Virus record (IMG/VR): IMGVR_UViG_3300030207_002883
Location: 1-45,300 of that record
Source: a virus
Taxonomy: Duplodnaviria > Caudoviricetes
Direction: 5' to 3' (one strand)
DNA length: 45,300 bases
Below the pieces are notes generated by a model. It searched no databases, was not told the DNA's origin, and saw only the letters and a list, made by a program, of their open reading frames with translations. The number at the start of each line of letters is the position of its first letter. The stretch's first letter is position 1. Below, piece by piece: positions 1-8,761 of this stretch. The translations under genes were made by a program, and so were the position numbers.

Positions 1-44
1 CCGAGGCTTTTCATAATTGGAAAAACGCCACAAGGGAGGTATCT

Positions 45-281
45 ATGAGCAATAACGAAAAAGAAGACACTGTTCTCTTTACCGAAGAAGAGATCAAAGA
101 AATTAAAGATGCAAAAGATCGATTAATCGGGCCTGCTGCGAACACGGTAATGAGTGCTGATGAAATAAAAGCTATGATGTCTGAAATTCAAGACATAAAG
201 GGGGACGTAAACTCTATGATTTCACAGGCTCAACTTCTTGTACAAAGTATCCAGCCCATAATCGATAAGATGGATAAATAG
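45..281 (+). CDS. hypothetical protein (helical, acidic)
   Basis: 78-aa ORF with GGAGG RBS upstream; no recognised motif. Confidence 0.7.
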   Translation: MSNNEKEDTVLFTEEEIKEIKDAKDRLIGPAANTVMSADEIKAMMSEIQDIKGDVNSMISQAQLLVQSIQPIIDKMDK

Positions 282-373
282 GTGTATCCCTATTCCTTTT
301 AATAAAGTACATTAGTACTTGGGGAATTCTATTACATCTAGTAGTAACTTTAGTGGTCAATACTAATAGTATG

Positions 374-401
374 TATGGGTTACAATTTTCAGATTTTAAT
401 T
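374..401 (+). promoter_or_regulatory. copy of dispersed 28-bp intergenic motif (TATRGGT-N11-GAWTTTAATT)
   Basis: TATGGGTTACAATTTTCAGATTTTAATT; aligns without gaps to copies at 15390, 29211 and 40233(-). Confidence 0.6.
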
Positions 402-417
402 AGCTAGGAGTAGCACA

Positions 418-810
418 ATGGCAAAAGCCAAACCTTCCACCCCTGCTGTAGACGTAACAGCCCTTATTCAAGAAGCCACAGCAACCATTTCTGAGTCTGT
501 TGGCTTACTTAACGAACGACTATCAGTTTTAGAGTCCAAGGTAGAGCATATGACACCAAAGGATTCGTTGGTTCCTAGGGAAGTTTGGTCTTCTCTGGGG
601 CATGAGGCTGTGGTTGCATCAGCAATTAAAGGTGCTGTAGAGGGTGTTTTAAGTAATGCACCTCTTCACAACCTAAATCGGGGAGATACCCAAGAGGTCT
701 ATGCTAAAATGGCATTTGAACTCGCTGAGAGGATTCTTATCTTCTATGGCGAACGATTAAACCAAACTGTTAAGAAGGAGACCGCAGATGAAGATTCTGG
801 ACAATCTTAA
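418..810 (+). CDS. hypothetical protein
   Basis: 130-aa ORF with AGGAG RBS. Confidence 0.75.
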   Translation: MAKAKPSTPAVDVTALIQEATATISESVGLLNERLSVLESKVEHMTPKDSLVPREVWSSLGHEAVVASAIKGAVEGVLSNAPLHNLNRGDTQEVYAKMAFELAERILIFYGERLNQTVKKETADEDSGQS

Positions 811-1012
811 ATCAATGGCCTCTGACTGGTTGGCCTCTGCTAAGTCTAAACGACTACTAGCAGCGGTAATCACCTCTATATTCACCACAATCGGGGTGGA
901 GACTGGGTGGTTGACCACAGAGCAGGCTCTAAACATTTCTGGGATAGCAATCGCTGCAATTCTAGGCGATTCCTTTCGTCCTATGAATCCTGACAAAGGG
1001 AAAGAGAGTTAA
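788..1012 (+). CDS. small two-TM membrane protein, holin-like
   Basis: Two hydrophobic segments (LLAAVITSIFTTIGV; ISGIAIAAILG) after a basic SKSKR stretch, charged C-terminus. Confidence 0.55.
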   Translation: MKILDNLKSMASDWLASAKSKRLLAAVITSIFTTIGVETGWLTTEQALNISGIAIAAILGDSFRPMNPDKGKES

Positions 1013-1347
1013 TGATCATGGGGCGTAAACGACGAGAGCGTATGGACAGTCAAGGCTACTACACCAACTCCGAGGAATCCACCGAAGCAGAAGCTCACGG
1101 ATGGAAGAAGGAGTCTCGTATAGAAGCCAAGACGGAGGCTAAGTCTAACAAGTACGACTACAAAGTCTCAAAGCTAGACGCTAAAACTCAGAAGAGCCTC
1201 GCAACCGCCCAAAAACGGAACTCATTGGCAAATCTTATTAAATGGGTATTGATCGCAGTCGGAGTATTCTACGGACTCACTAAGTTCGGTGGACTTAACC
1301 TTGGAGGCGATCTTCTCGACAAGGCGAAAGGAATTTTCGGATTATGA
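1012..1347 (+). CDS. hypothetical protein with C-terminal TM helix
   Basis: Charged N-terminus followed by LIKWVLIAVGVFYGL; start overlaps the previous stop. Confidence 0.65.
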   Translation: MIMGRKRRERMDSQGYYTNSEESTEAEAHGWKKESRIEAKTEAKSNKYDYKVSKLDAKTQKSLATAQKRNSLANLIKWVLIAVGVFYGLTKFGGLNLGGDLLDKAKGIFGL

Positions 1348-1550
1348 GAACTCGATTTATTAAGCCCAACATGCGTAACCGTATCATGGTTCGTGGCCCG
1401 TTCACAGAGGATACGGTTCACTTATCTAAATATCTAATTTCCGCAGGATATAAACCAGCTACTCTAGTGCAGTTCTGGAAACATGTCCTATTTTGGAGAT
1501 GGGGTGCTAAAAAGGCTCGAAAGGCCACCTCTCCTCCAGAGAAGAAGTAA
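1344..1550 (+). CDS. hypothetical basic protein
   Basis: ATGA overlap with previous gene; 68 aa. Confidence 0.6.
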   Translation: MRTRFIKPNMRNRIMVRGPFTEDTVHLSKYLISAGYKPATLVQFWKHVLFWRWGAKKARKATSPPEKK

Positions 1551-1677
1551 CACCTCCCCGTGTCTAGGCGATTTATGGGGTAACAGCAGAATCTATAACC
1601 CTCACCTGCTGTTACTCCCGCCTAAGCGGGACTAAGCAGAGCGCAGCCTCTGGCAAGCTCACATTGGAGACAAGCCC

Positions 1678-2094
1678 ATGTCTGAAGATTCTCTTATTCC
1701 AGCTCCACCCTTTGAACCCAACAAAGATTATGAGGTTCGAAGCATCAAAATCGATGAAGGGGCTTTGTATTTCTACAAATGCAAGCCTGTGCGGGTCATA
1801 GACGGTGATTCTGTCGTTTTGGACATAGACCTCGGGCTAAGGACTTGGGTGCGTCACAGCGTCCGTCTGAGCGGTATAGACGCACCTGAAAGGCGTGGTG
1901 CGACCAAAGAAGAGGGAAAAATGGCAACTGACTTCTTACAATGGCTCTTATCAGGGCCTCATGAGTTCATTTGTCACACAATCAAGACTGGCAAGTACGG
2001 TAGGTACTTAGTCGAGCTATTTGTAGATTTTAACTGTGTTAATGACATTATGATCAATGAAGGGTATGCAAAGATTTATGGACAAGATGGCTAA
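1678..2094 (+). CDS. thermonuclease (SNase-like) family nuclease
   Basis: VRVIDGDS, VRLSGIDAPE, GKYGRYL and EGYA motifs typical of the staphylococcal nuclease fold. Confidence 0.9.
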   Translation: MSEDSLIPAPPFEPNKDYEVRSIKIDEGALYFYKCKPVRVIDGDSVVLDIDLGLRTWVRHSVRLSGIDAPERRGATKEEGKMATDFLQWLLSGPHEFICHTIKTGKYGRYLVELFVDFNCVNDIMINEGYAKIYGQDG

Positions 2095-2362
2095 CGAAAC
2101 TTACACTCCCGACCTTACCCAGAAAACACTCTGGGACGTAGCTTATGAGAGGCAAGGAGACCTTGTTAACGCTCCTAAACACTACAATATGGGGAATATG
2201 GAGACGGTAGATGCTATTATGGGGATGGGATTGGACTCCTGTGAGGGTAATGTAGTGAAATATGTTGCTCGACATAAATACAAAAACGGTGTCCAAGACC
2301 TTGAAAAGGCTAAACGCTACCTAGAACTGATGATAGAAAACTACGATAACTGGTACGGATAA
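2087..2362 (+). CDS. DUF3310 family phage protein
   Basis: VNAPKHY...GNVVKYVARHKYKNGVQDLEKAKRYL signature; start chosen at ATG 2087 (ORF track 2057). Confidence 0.85.
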   Translation: MANETYTPDLTQKTLWDVAYERQGDLVNAPKHYNMGNMETVDAIMGMGLDSCEGNVVKYVARHKYKNGVQDLEKAKRYLELMIENYDNWYG

Positions 2363-3882
2363 TGGAATTTAAGGACAAAATCTTAGAGCAGATTGAAAAT
2401 AACGATGGTATTTTCCATGGTTTACGCCCTAAATGGTCTCCATATATCCCTCATGACCCTACTCCAAAGCAATTAGCCTTCTTAATGATTCCTCATCGTG
2501 AGGCTTTCTACGGGGGAGCTGCGGGAGGGGGAAAATCGGATGCTCTTTTGATGGGGGCCTTGCAGTATGTAGACGTTCCGGGCTACGCTGCGATGATTTT
2601 CCGAAAAACGCTATCTGACCTCAAACAACCCGGGGCTTTACTCGACCGAGCGCACGCATGGCTCTCAAACACGCCTGCTAGGTGGAATGCAGGAGAGCAT
2701 ACTTACTATTTCCCTACTTATGACAAGCGTGGGAACCCTGCGGAGCCTGCAAAACTTACATTTGGCTACATCGGACAGACAGATGCGTACACTCGTTACC
2801 AAGGTATCGAGCTTCAGTACTGTGCTTTCGATGAACTTACTCAACACTGGGAGGACGATTATCTGTATCTCTTCTCCCGTATCAGAAGAAATAGGTGTCC
2901 AGAACATGGTAACGAGACAGACCCTGACTGCAATAATTGTGATGTTCGTGCTTCTGTTCCTATCAGGATGCGTTCAGCTTCGAACCCGGGTGGCGTTGGA
3001 CATAGTTGGGTTAAAGACAGGTTCGACATCGGGCCAGCACCCGACCCAGACAACCCAGAAAGACAAAGATTTATCGGGAGACACCCAGACCGTCCTTACA
3101 TCCCAGCTTACATTAGGGACAACCCTTTCCTCGACCAAGAAGAGTACGTCATCGGACTCGAACAACTTGACCCCGTCACCAGAGAGCAACTGAAAGACGG
3201 TGACTGGGCTATCAGTCAGGACTCTAGGTTCAAAAAGTCTTGGGCAAGGTATTACAGCATGCGTGGAGGTCATGTCTGTCTGGGGAAAGACGGGAAAGGG
3301 GCTGCTCACCCCCTAGAAGGTCTTCAAAGAGTATTCTGTACGATTGACCCTGCTGCTTCTGCGAGAGAAGGCCCCGGAGATAAAGACATTTGGCGTAAGC
3401 AACCTAGTTTTACTGTAATCTCTACCTTTGGTTTGACCGTAGATTACAATTTAGTGTGGTTAGACATGCGTAGGTTCCGTAAAGAAATACCTGACATCCT
3501 TCAGGAAGTTAGAGATGTATACAAGAGATGGACACCACAATACTTTATTTGTGAGTCTTCAGGTCTTGGAAAGGGAGCATTTCAAATGATTGCCCAGTGT
3601 GGTCTACCTGTACGTTCAGTACACCCACACCATGACAAGCTGGTTCGAGCCACGGATGCGATGAACCGAATGCAACAAGGCAAGATTTGGCTTCCTCAAA
3701 CAGCAGGGTGGCTCCATGATTGCGAGAAGGAACTCTTCTCATGGACTGCCCACCCTCACCAGAGCGATGATATCATTGATACTCTAGCTTATGCTGCAAA
3801 GGATGTCTCTTGGGAGGCTGCGCATGACGAACGAAGTTTCGTTGAGATATACACAGATGACCTACCGGGAATTATTATGTAA
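2362..3882 (+). CDS. terL: terminase large subunit
   Basis: Walker A YGGAAGGGKS, Walker B FDELTQ, motif III ASNPGG, DNPFL, nuclease acidic residues (TIDPA, DDIIDTLAY). Confidence 0.95.
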   Translation: MEFKDKILEQIENNDGIFHGLRPKWSPYIPHDPTPKQLAFLMIPHREAFYGGAAGGGKSDALLMGALQYVDVPGYAAMIFRKTLSDLKQPGALLDRAHAWLSNTPARWNAGEHTYYFPTYDKRGNPAEPAKLTFGYIGQTDAYTRYQGIELQYCAFDELTQHWEDDYLYLFSRIRRNRCPEHGNETDPDCNNCDVRASVPIRMRSASNPGGVGHSWVKDRFDIGPAPDPDNPERQRFIGRHPDRPYIPAYIRDNPFLDQEEYVIGLEQLDPVTREQLKDGDWAISQDSRFKKSWARYYSMRGGHVCLGKDGKGAAHPLEGLQRVFCTIDPAASAREGPGDKDIWRKQPSFTVISTFGLTVDYNLVWLDMRRFRKEIPDILQEVRDVYKRWTPQYFICESSGLGKGAFQMIAQCGLPVRSVHPHHDKLVRATDAMNRMQQGKIWLPQTAGWLHDCEKELFSWTAHPHQSDDIIDTLAYAAKDVSWEAAHDERSFVEIYTDDLPGIIM

Positions 3883-4096
3883 CACGAGGTTCCTCTTGGT
3901 TCCTGTAATAATTTTCCCAGTCTTTCTGCTGATCCTGATAGTGTTGCATCATATTCTGTCTTTGAATCATTATTTTAAGATGATATAACGCAACTGACTT
4001 CTGGTAAGTGGTGTAAAGTTCAAGCGCAAAATAAGATGTGGCTACAACAAAAAACAATGTTGCAGCCACATTTAGAGGATTCAATTTTTTAAGCAT
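3875..4096 (-). CDS. hypothetical membrane protein
   Basis: N-terminal hydrophobic helix; coupled to the upstream minus-strand gene. Confidence 0.6.
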   Translation of the reverse strand: MLKKLNPLNVAATLFFVVATSYFALELYTTYQKSVALYHLKIMIQRQNMMQHYQDQQKDWENYYRNQEEPRVT

Positions 4097-5013
4097 TATC
4101 TAGCCTGTATGATTTCGTAATCGATTCCCTTCGTTCGATCCAATCTTTCATACTTGAAAAACAAACGAAGCCATGTAGCACCGATGGGCTTCGGAGGTGC
4201 GCCTCTCTCAACATGCCACCCGCCATGTCCGTCCTTAAACTCTTCTTTGTAAGTAGGAATACAAACATGAGTTTGTACATCATGGTAGGTCATGTTGCGA
4301 CCTAACCTTAATCTTACCAGATCGAGCTTCCATGCTTCGTGGATATGTCCACTGATGACAATATCAGCGTCAGGAAGATAAACTGCTTTACGATTTGTTT
4401 GAATTACACCCTTTGTAACAGGCCCTCCACCTCCGTACCCGTGAGAGTAGTGAAGAGTTAATCCTTTTCCGTAGGAAAGATATTTCTTACCAACAGTATT
4501 TTGTTGTTCTACGGAGAATCGTACAAAGCCACCATATCCTCCGCTATGAATTTTATGCCCAGACCTGTATTTAATCTGTTCTGTCATCCTACCAATTAAA
4601 TCAGTCTCATGCCTTTTTAGGATGTTAGCTTCGTGGTTACCTCTACCAATAACAATGAACTGATCTGCGTATGGCATAAAAAAATCACTCGCAGTATTCA
4701 CCAAAGAGTCTAGGTAGTCTGCACCTTGATGCTCTGGTCTTAGATCATTTTTAGAAGATCGAGGGTCGTACTTGCCCTGCATTGCACAAAAGAAGTCACC
4801 ACAATCAATGATTCCAGCGTTTCTTTTACGAGCTTCTTTTAGATGCTCTATTTGTAAATCCCAGTCAGACTTTGGATTATCCCAATGCCTGTCTGAGGTG
4901 AGTAGAAACCATTGTTCCCAATCTGCTAAATCTCCTTTAGGAGAGCATCTCACCGTGAAGATATTTCTATTTAACTTACTTACTACATAACTAGGCTCAA
5001 ATTTAGTTGCCAC
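4096..5013 (-). CDS. calcineurin-like metallophosphoesterase
   Basis: All five motifs present: SDRH, GDFF, GNHE, SHG, SGHIH; GTG start with GGAG RBS. Confidence 0.9.
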   Translation of the reverse strand: MATKFEPSYVVSKLNRNIFTVRCSPKGDLADWEQWFLLTSDRHWDNPKSDWDLQIEHLKEARKRNAGIIDCGDFFCAMQGKYDPRSSKNDLRPEHQGADYLDSLVNTASDFFMPYADQFIVIGRGNHEANILKRHETDLIGRMTEQIKYRSGHKIHSGGYGGFVRFSVEQQNTVGKKYLSYGKGLTLHYSHGYGGGGPVTKGVIQTNRKAVYLPDADIVISGHIHEAWKLDLVRLRLGRNMTYHDVQTHVCIPTYKEEFKDGHGGWHVERGAPPKPIGATWLRLFFKYERLDRTKGIDYEIIQAR

Positions 5014-5025
5014 TAGAACTCTCCA

Positions 5026-6372
5026 TTAATCAGAAGCTAGGGAATCTGCAATACTTGGTGATGAGTCTGATGGAAGCTGTACGTTCAAACCTTTTCTGAA
5101 AAAGGTCTGGAACACGCCTGCATCATTGTTAGATATTGCAGAAGAATGTGTATCTCTTATCGTAGTCTTTCCTGACCCATCTACTAAGGCAAAGTTAACT
5201 CCACCAAAATATTCAACAGGCCCAAACTGAATATGGTCAATTAAAACTGTCTTCCCAGAAGTCAAACCTCCTGCTAAATCAACTTGTAATTTCATATCAG
5301 TAGGAATTGCAGAAGGCATCGTAATGTAAAAATACTCTACCCCGTATGCGGTCTGAGCAGCGAGTGCAGCAGCATTCATTTCGATCTTCTCAGAAGAGCT
5401 TGCTGTATAACCTGTTCCTGTAAATTTAATAGTTAATGCTCCTGCGGAAATACTGGCTTTGCCTTTAACAAAACAAGCAAGTACATACCTGCGATATCTA
5501 TCTAGACGAGATGTTGTGACTGCTTGCTCTATTCTCCATGTTTTACTACCGTTGCCTACACAAGCCATTGCGTAGTCACCTTTGTAAGCATCTACAGTTC
5601 TGTCTACAGGATCAAAACCTGAAACTTGAGTCCAAGAACCCGGAGTAGTACTATCTGTCCAAGTTTCAAAGTCTCCGTTTCCTAACCCATAATTGCTGGA
5701 TTCAGCATGAAGAGTTGATATTGTTGGGCCTGAATTTGAGCCTGTATCTCCATGGTGGTAGCCTGTAGACCCTTCATCCCCATGAATAATAAAATTCTCT
5801 TTTCCATCTGTAACTCCAGTTTCATCAGAGTCTTCTATGGCAGTTACCCTAAATGTTTCTGATGTTGGCCCTAATTCACTATCTATTCCTGATTGATGTC
5901 GAGTTGCAATCCCACCAGAAATAGGAATGTTATATCCATCTAACTTTTTATCAACTAATAGAATTGAAGAGTTTGCATTAGTAAGAGTGGATGAGACGGA
6001 ACCTACGGTAACAACTGATTGTTTAATGTGTTGCGAGGTATCAGTCATATCTTTAATGATTTCAGGAAGAATACCTTCCCAACCACCAGTAGTGACAAAA
6101 TTGTCTAAGACAAAATCATCGTTCTCCATTAATTGAGAGACTTTACTTACTAATTGATTTATCCAACTAACTACATTAGATTTGTACCCATCAAATATGG
6201 CAGTGTTGTCACCATAGAATCCTATAGGAACTGAGTTGGCTTCAAGCTCAGTTTCTATCTGACTTCTATCTGTTTCTAGATCGCTGATAATTGTTTGGAA
6301 GTCGTTTATTCGTTGAACATATTCTCCAATACATTCAAATAGATTGGTATACTGAGCAGAAGAGAGACCCAT
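5026..6372 (-). CDS. putative virion-associated protein with carbohydrate-binding-like (NGDFE) beta domain
   Basis: 448 aa; helical N-terminus, S/T/G-rich body, GNGDFETW...IDHIQF resembling a CBM-type jelly roll. Confidence 0.55.
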   Translation of the reverse strand: MGLSSAQYTNLFECIGEYVQRINDFQTIISDLETDRSQIETELEANSVPIGFYGDNTAIFDGYKSNVVSWINQLVSKVSQLMENDDFVLDNFVTTGGWEGILPEIIKDMTDTSQHIKQSVVTVGSVSSTLTNANSSILLVDKKLDGYNIPISGGIATRHQSGIDSELGPTSETFRVTAIEDSDETGVTDGKENFIIHGDEGSTGYHHGDTGSNSGPTISTLHAESSNYGLGNGDFETWTDSTTPGSWTQVSGFDPVDRTVDAYKGDYAMACVGNGSKTWRIEQAVTTSRLDRYRRYVLACFVKGKASISAGALTIKFTGTGYTASSSEKIEMNAAALAAQTAYGVEYFYITMPSAIPTDMKLQVDLAGGLTSGKTVLIDHIQFGPVEYFGGVNFALVDGSGKTTIRDTHSSAISNNDAGVFQTFFRKGLNVQLPSDSSPSIADSLASD

Positions 6373-6399
6373 TAGGTGAATTCCTTATTTATCTTTTAC

Positions 6400-6440
6400 T
6401 TGACACGAATTCTGTTAAACAACTATCCTTATTAACAGAA
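6400..6440 (+). promoter_or_regulatory. candidate sigma70-type promoter for the head operon with an overlapping inverted repeat
   Basis: TTGACA(6400)-18 nt-TATCCT(6424); TTCTGTTAA/TTAACAGAA inverted repeat at 6410-6418/6432-6440. Confidence 0.5.
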
Positions 6441-6454
6441 AGGTTTAGTTTATT

Positions 6455-6622
6455 ATGGCATATATGAACACTGGTGATCCAATTCAAGTTGCTCTCCAAA
6501 GAGCAGAACGAGTTGGTACTAAAAATCAACGAGTTACTTGGAAGAAGCAAAAACGTCGAGCGACTGAAGAAGCCAAGCGTAAACGTGTAACTAAACTTCG
6601 ACCAAAAAAACGAGGCATGTAA
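6455..6622 (+). CDS. small K/R-rich protein (55 aa, not in ORF track)
   Basis: MAYMNTGDPIQVALQRAERVGTKNQRVTWKKQKRRATEEAKRKRVTKLRPKKRGM; fills the gap before the protease gene. Confidence 0.65.
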   Translation: MAYMNTGDPIQVALQRAERVGTKNQRVTWKKQKRRATEEAKRKRVTKLRPKKRGM

Positions 6623-6626
6623 ATTA

Positions 6627-7883
6627 ATGCGTTTTAAAAAACCAATAGTCACTACTGGAATTTATACTATTCCGGGTGACTCGCCAAGAAAAGTAGAAAT
6701 AACAAACGATAGATTAAGCCATTGGGCTTCCCAATTTTCAGCTATGAAAGACGCAGGAGTTTCTGTTCCTGCTCCTTGGAATCATAGCAAAGAAGCTCTA
6801 CCAATGTCTGTAGGAAATGATGGAACACTTCCAAGAAGTGATATCAATGCAGGTTGGTGGGACAAAATTTGGGTGGAAGATAACACCCTCTGGGGAGAAT
6901 TGGATGTTCCCCGAAGCGAAGATGCTGTTAAAATTGGTACTAACGTCAAAGAGACATCTATTTATGTTCGTCCTGAATTCAGTGATGGTTCAGGTAATTC
7001 ATGGGATGATTCTTTAATGCACATAGCTCTTGTTACTCATCCCATTGAAAATGGTCAGGGTAACTTTGAGCCTGTTACTAATGAGGAAGAGGCTGGCATT
7101 GCGTTAGCCATGTCCCAACTTACGGAACCATTATCCATGTCGTCTATAGATAATGATCATCAAGTAGGGTCAGTCAAAACTAAAAGTGGAATCCAAGAAA
7201 TGTTGGAAGCTCTGCGTGCAGTAATGATTGATCTACCTGATGATACACATGAAGTGAATTTTATGGAGAGACTACTTGTAGCTCTTCGTCAAAAGAAGGC
7301 CTCTGAAAATCCAGAGGATTCGTCAATTTCTAACCCACCGGAGGGGGCTAAGGAACAACCTGCCCCAGTTGCTATGTCACAAGAAAAAGAAAATCTTGAA
7401 CAGGGTGCAGGTGTCGCTTCTAACGAAGAAGCTGTTCTCTCTCACCCAACTTACAAAGCTGCATCTAAAACTATTGAGTTTTTGATGAGCCACTTAAACG
7501 GACAGGAGAAAGATAAACTTTCTTCTCGTCGTGATGCACTCGTTAAGAGTGGAAAAATCTCAGAAGATTATGCGTCTAAGCATTTAGACCCAGCAATCAA
7601 TGAGTTCCAAATGTCTTTTGGAGATGATGGTTCTGTTAAAGTTTGCCCTGCATCAACAATTATGGAAGCTCTTGAAGCATCTCCATCATTGACCACTGGA
7701 ATTATCAGTGGCTCTGATTCAGACCAAGCCTCTTTACAGCAAATTGGATTGGCAATGTCTCAATCTGGTACAACAGGTCTTCCACAAGGATACCAAGAAG
7801 AAGGTAATCCTAATGAAGTTGGAGGCCCAAGTGCTGAAGAGATTGCTTTAGAGTTTTTGTCTAACACAGGTCATGCTGGTTAA
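6627..7883 (+). CDS. prohead protease/scaffold, Mu gpI-like
   Basis: PAPWNH, AGWWDKIWVEDNTLWGELD, SIYV and HIALVTHP motifs, then an acidic scaffold-like C-terminus; upstream of capsid genes. Confidence 0.8.
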   Translation: MRFKKPIVTTGIYTIPGDSPRKVEITNDRLSHWASQFSAMKDAGVSVPAPWNHSKEALPMSVGNDGTLPRSDINAGWWDKIWVEDNTLWGELDVPRSEDAVKIGTNVKETSIYVRPEFSDGSGNSWDDSLMHIALVTHPIENGQGNFEPVTNEEEAGIALAMSQLTEPLSMSSIDNDHQVGSVKTKSGIQEMLEALRAVMIDLPDDTHEVNFMERLLVALRQKKASENPEDSSISNPPEGAKEQPAPVAMSQEKENLEQGAGVASNEEAVLSHPTYKAASKTIEFLMSHLNGQEKDKLSSRRDALVKSGKISEDYASKHLDPAINEFQMSFGDDGSVKVCPASTIMEALEASPSLTTGIISGSDSDQASLQQIGLAMSQSGTTGLPQGYQEEGNPNEVGGPSAEEIALEFLSNTGHAG

Positions 7884-7913
7884 TTTTTGTCCCTTTAGTG
7901 AGAGGAAAGCGTA

Positions 7914-8738
7914 ATGTCTTTTGAATTCACTGGAGCCTTTGGACTCCCTTCCGTACAGTCTGCTCTAGAAACCAGCGAAAATGTTTTCTGGTGGGGACGA
8001 TTTGAACAGGAAGCGTTCATAGGTTCTATCATTGATGGTTCTGCACGAGATGCAGGCAACACGGGCTACACGGATGTTTTACGTCCGGGCCTCATTTTAG
8101 GTAGGATTACTGCCAGCGGTAAGCTGAAAGAATGGAACCCTGCTGCAACTGATGGTACTCAAGAAATCTATGGTATTCTTGGTTACTCACAAAAAATGCA
8201 ACGAATGGGCGCAAATGCTGATCGTTGGATTGGTTGGGTCTATGCTTGGGGATTCCTCAAAGCAGATCGACTTATTGTTCCCGGGACTACTGCTTTTGGT
8301 ATCTCTGGAAATGTAAGCGAACACCTGATTCGCGCGCAGCTTAACAAACGATTTACTTTCTCGGATCAACTTGAAGGTAATAGCTTTGGTGGTTACCGTT
8401 ATGTGTCAGCTAAGACTGCTGACTACGCTGTAACTGAAGCTGACCACGACACTCTATTCACCAACACTGGTGCAAGTGGAGCAGTTAACTTTACCCTTGA
8501 TGCTGATGGACACACCAAAGCTGGTTTGCGTTACGGATTTTATGTAACTGCTGACCAGAACGTGACTATCACAGGTGGTACTGCTGACAAAATGGTTACG
8601 TTTAACGACGCTGCTGCTGACAGTGTAGCCTTTAGCACCTCCAGCCAGAAAATGGGTGGTTTTGTTGAGGTCTACAGTGACGGTACTAAGTGGCTAGTCG
8701 TTCACCATGGTGCTAATACCCTTACGGTAGCAACTTAA
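7914..8738 (+). CDS. head decoration protein (lambda gpD-like) with C-terminal beta-domain extension
   Basis: LRPGLILGRITASGKLKEWNPAATDGTQ..GIL motif; lies between protease and MCP. Confidence 0.75.
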   Translation: MSFEFTGAFGLPSVQSALETSENVFWWGRFEQEAFIGSIIDGSARDAGNTGYTDVLRPGLILGRITASGKLKEWNPAATDGTQEIYGILGYSQKMQRMGANADRWIGWVYAWGFLKADRLIVPGTTAFGISGNVSEHLIRAQLNKRFTFSDQLEGNSFGGYRYVSAKTADYAVTEADHDTLFTNTGASGAVNFTLDADGHTKAGLRYGFYVTADQNVTITGGTADKMVTFNDAAADSVAFSTSSQKMGGFVEVYSDGTKWLVVHHGANTLTVAT

Positions 8739-8761
8739 TAATTACTAGGAGAAATTAAATT

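Noticed and set aside
2665-3742. Alternative-frame and antisense ORFs inside terL (and likewise inside MCP, the repeat protein, tape measure, helicase and polA)
   Set aside because: They are fully nested in motif-supported genes and have no recognisable motifs; shadow ORFs.
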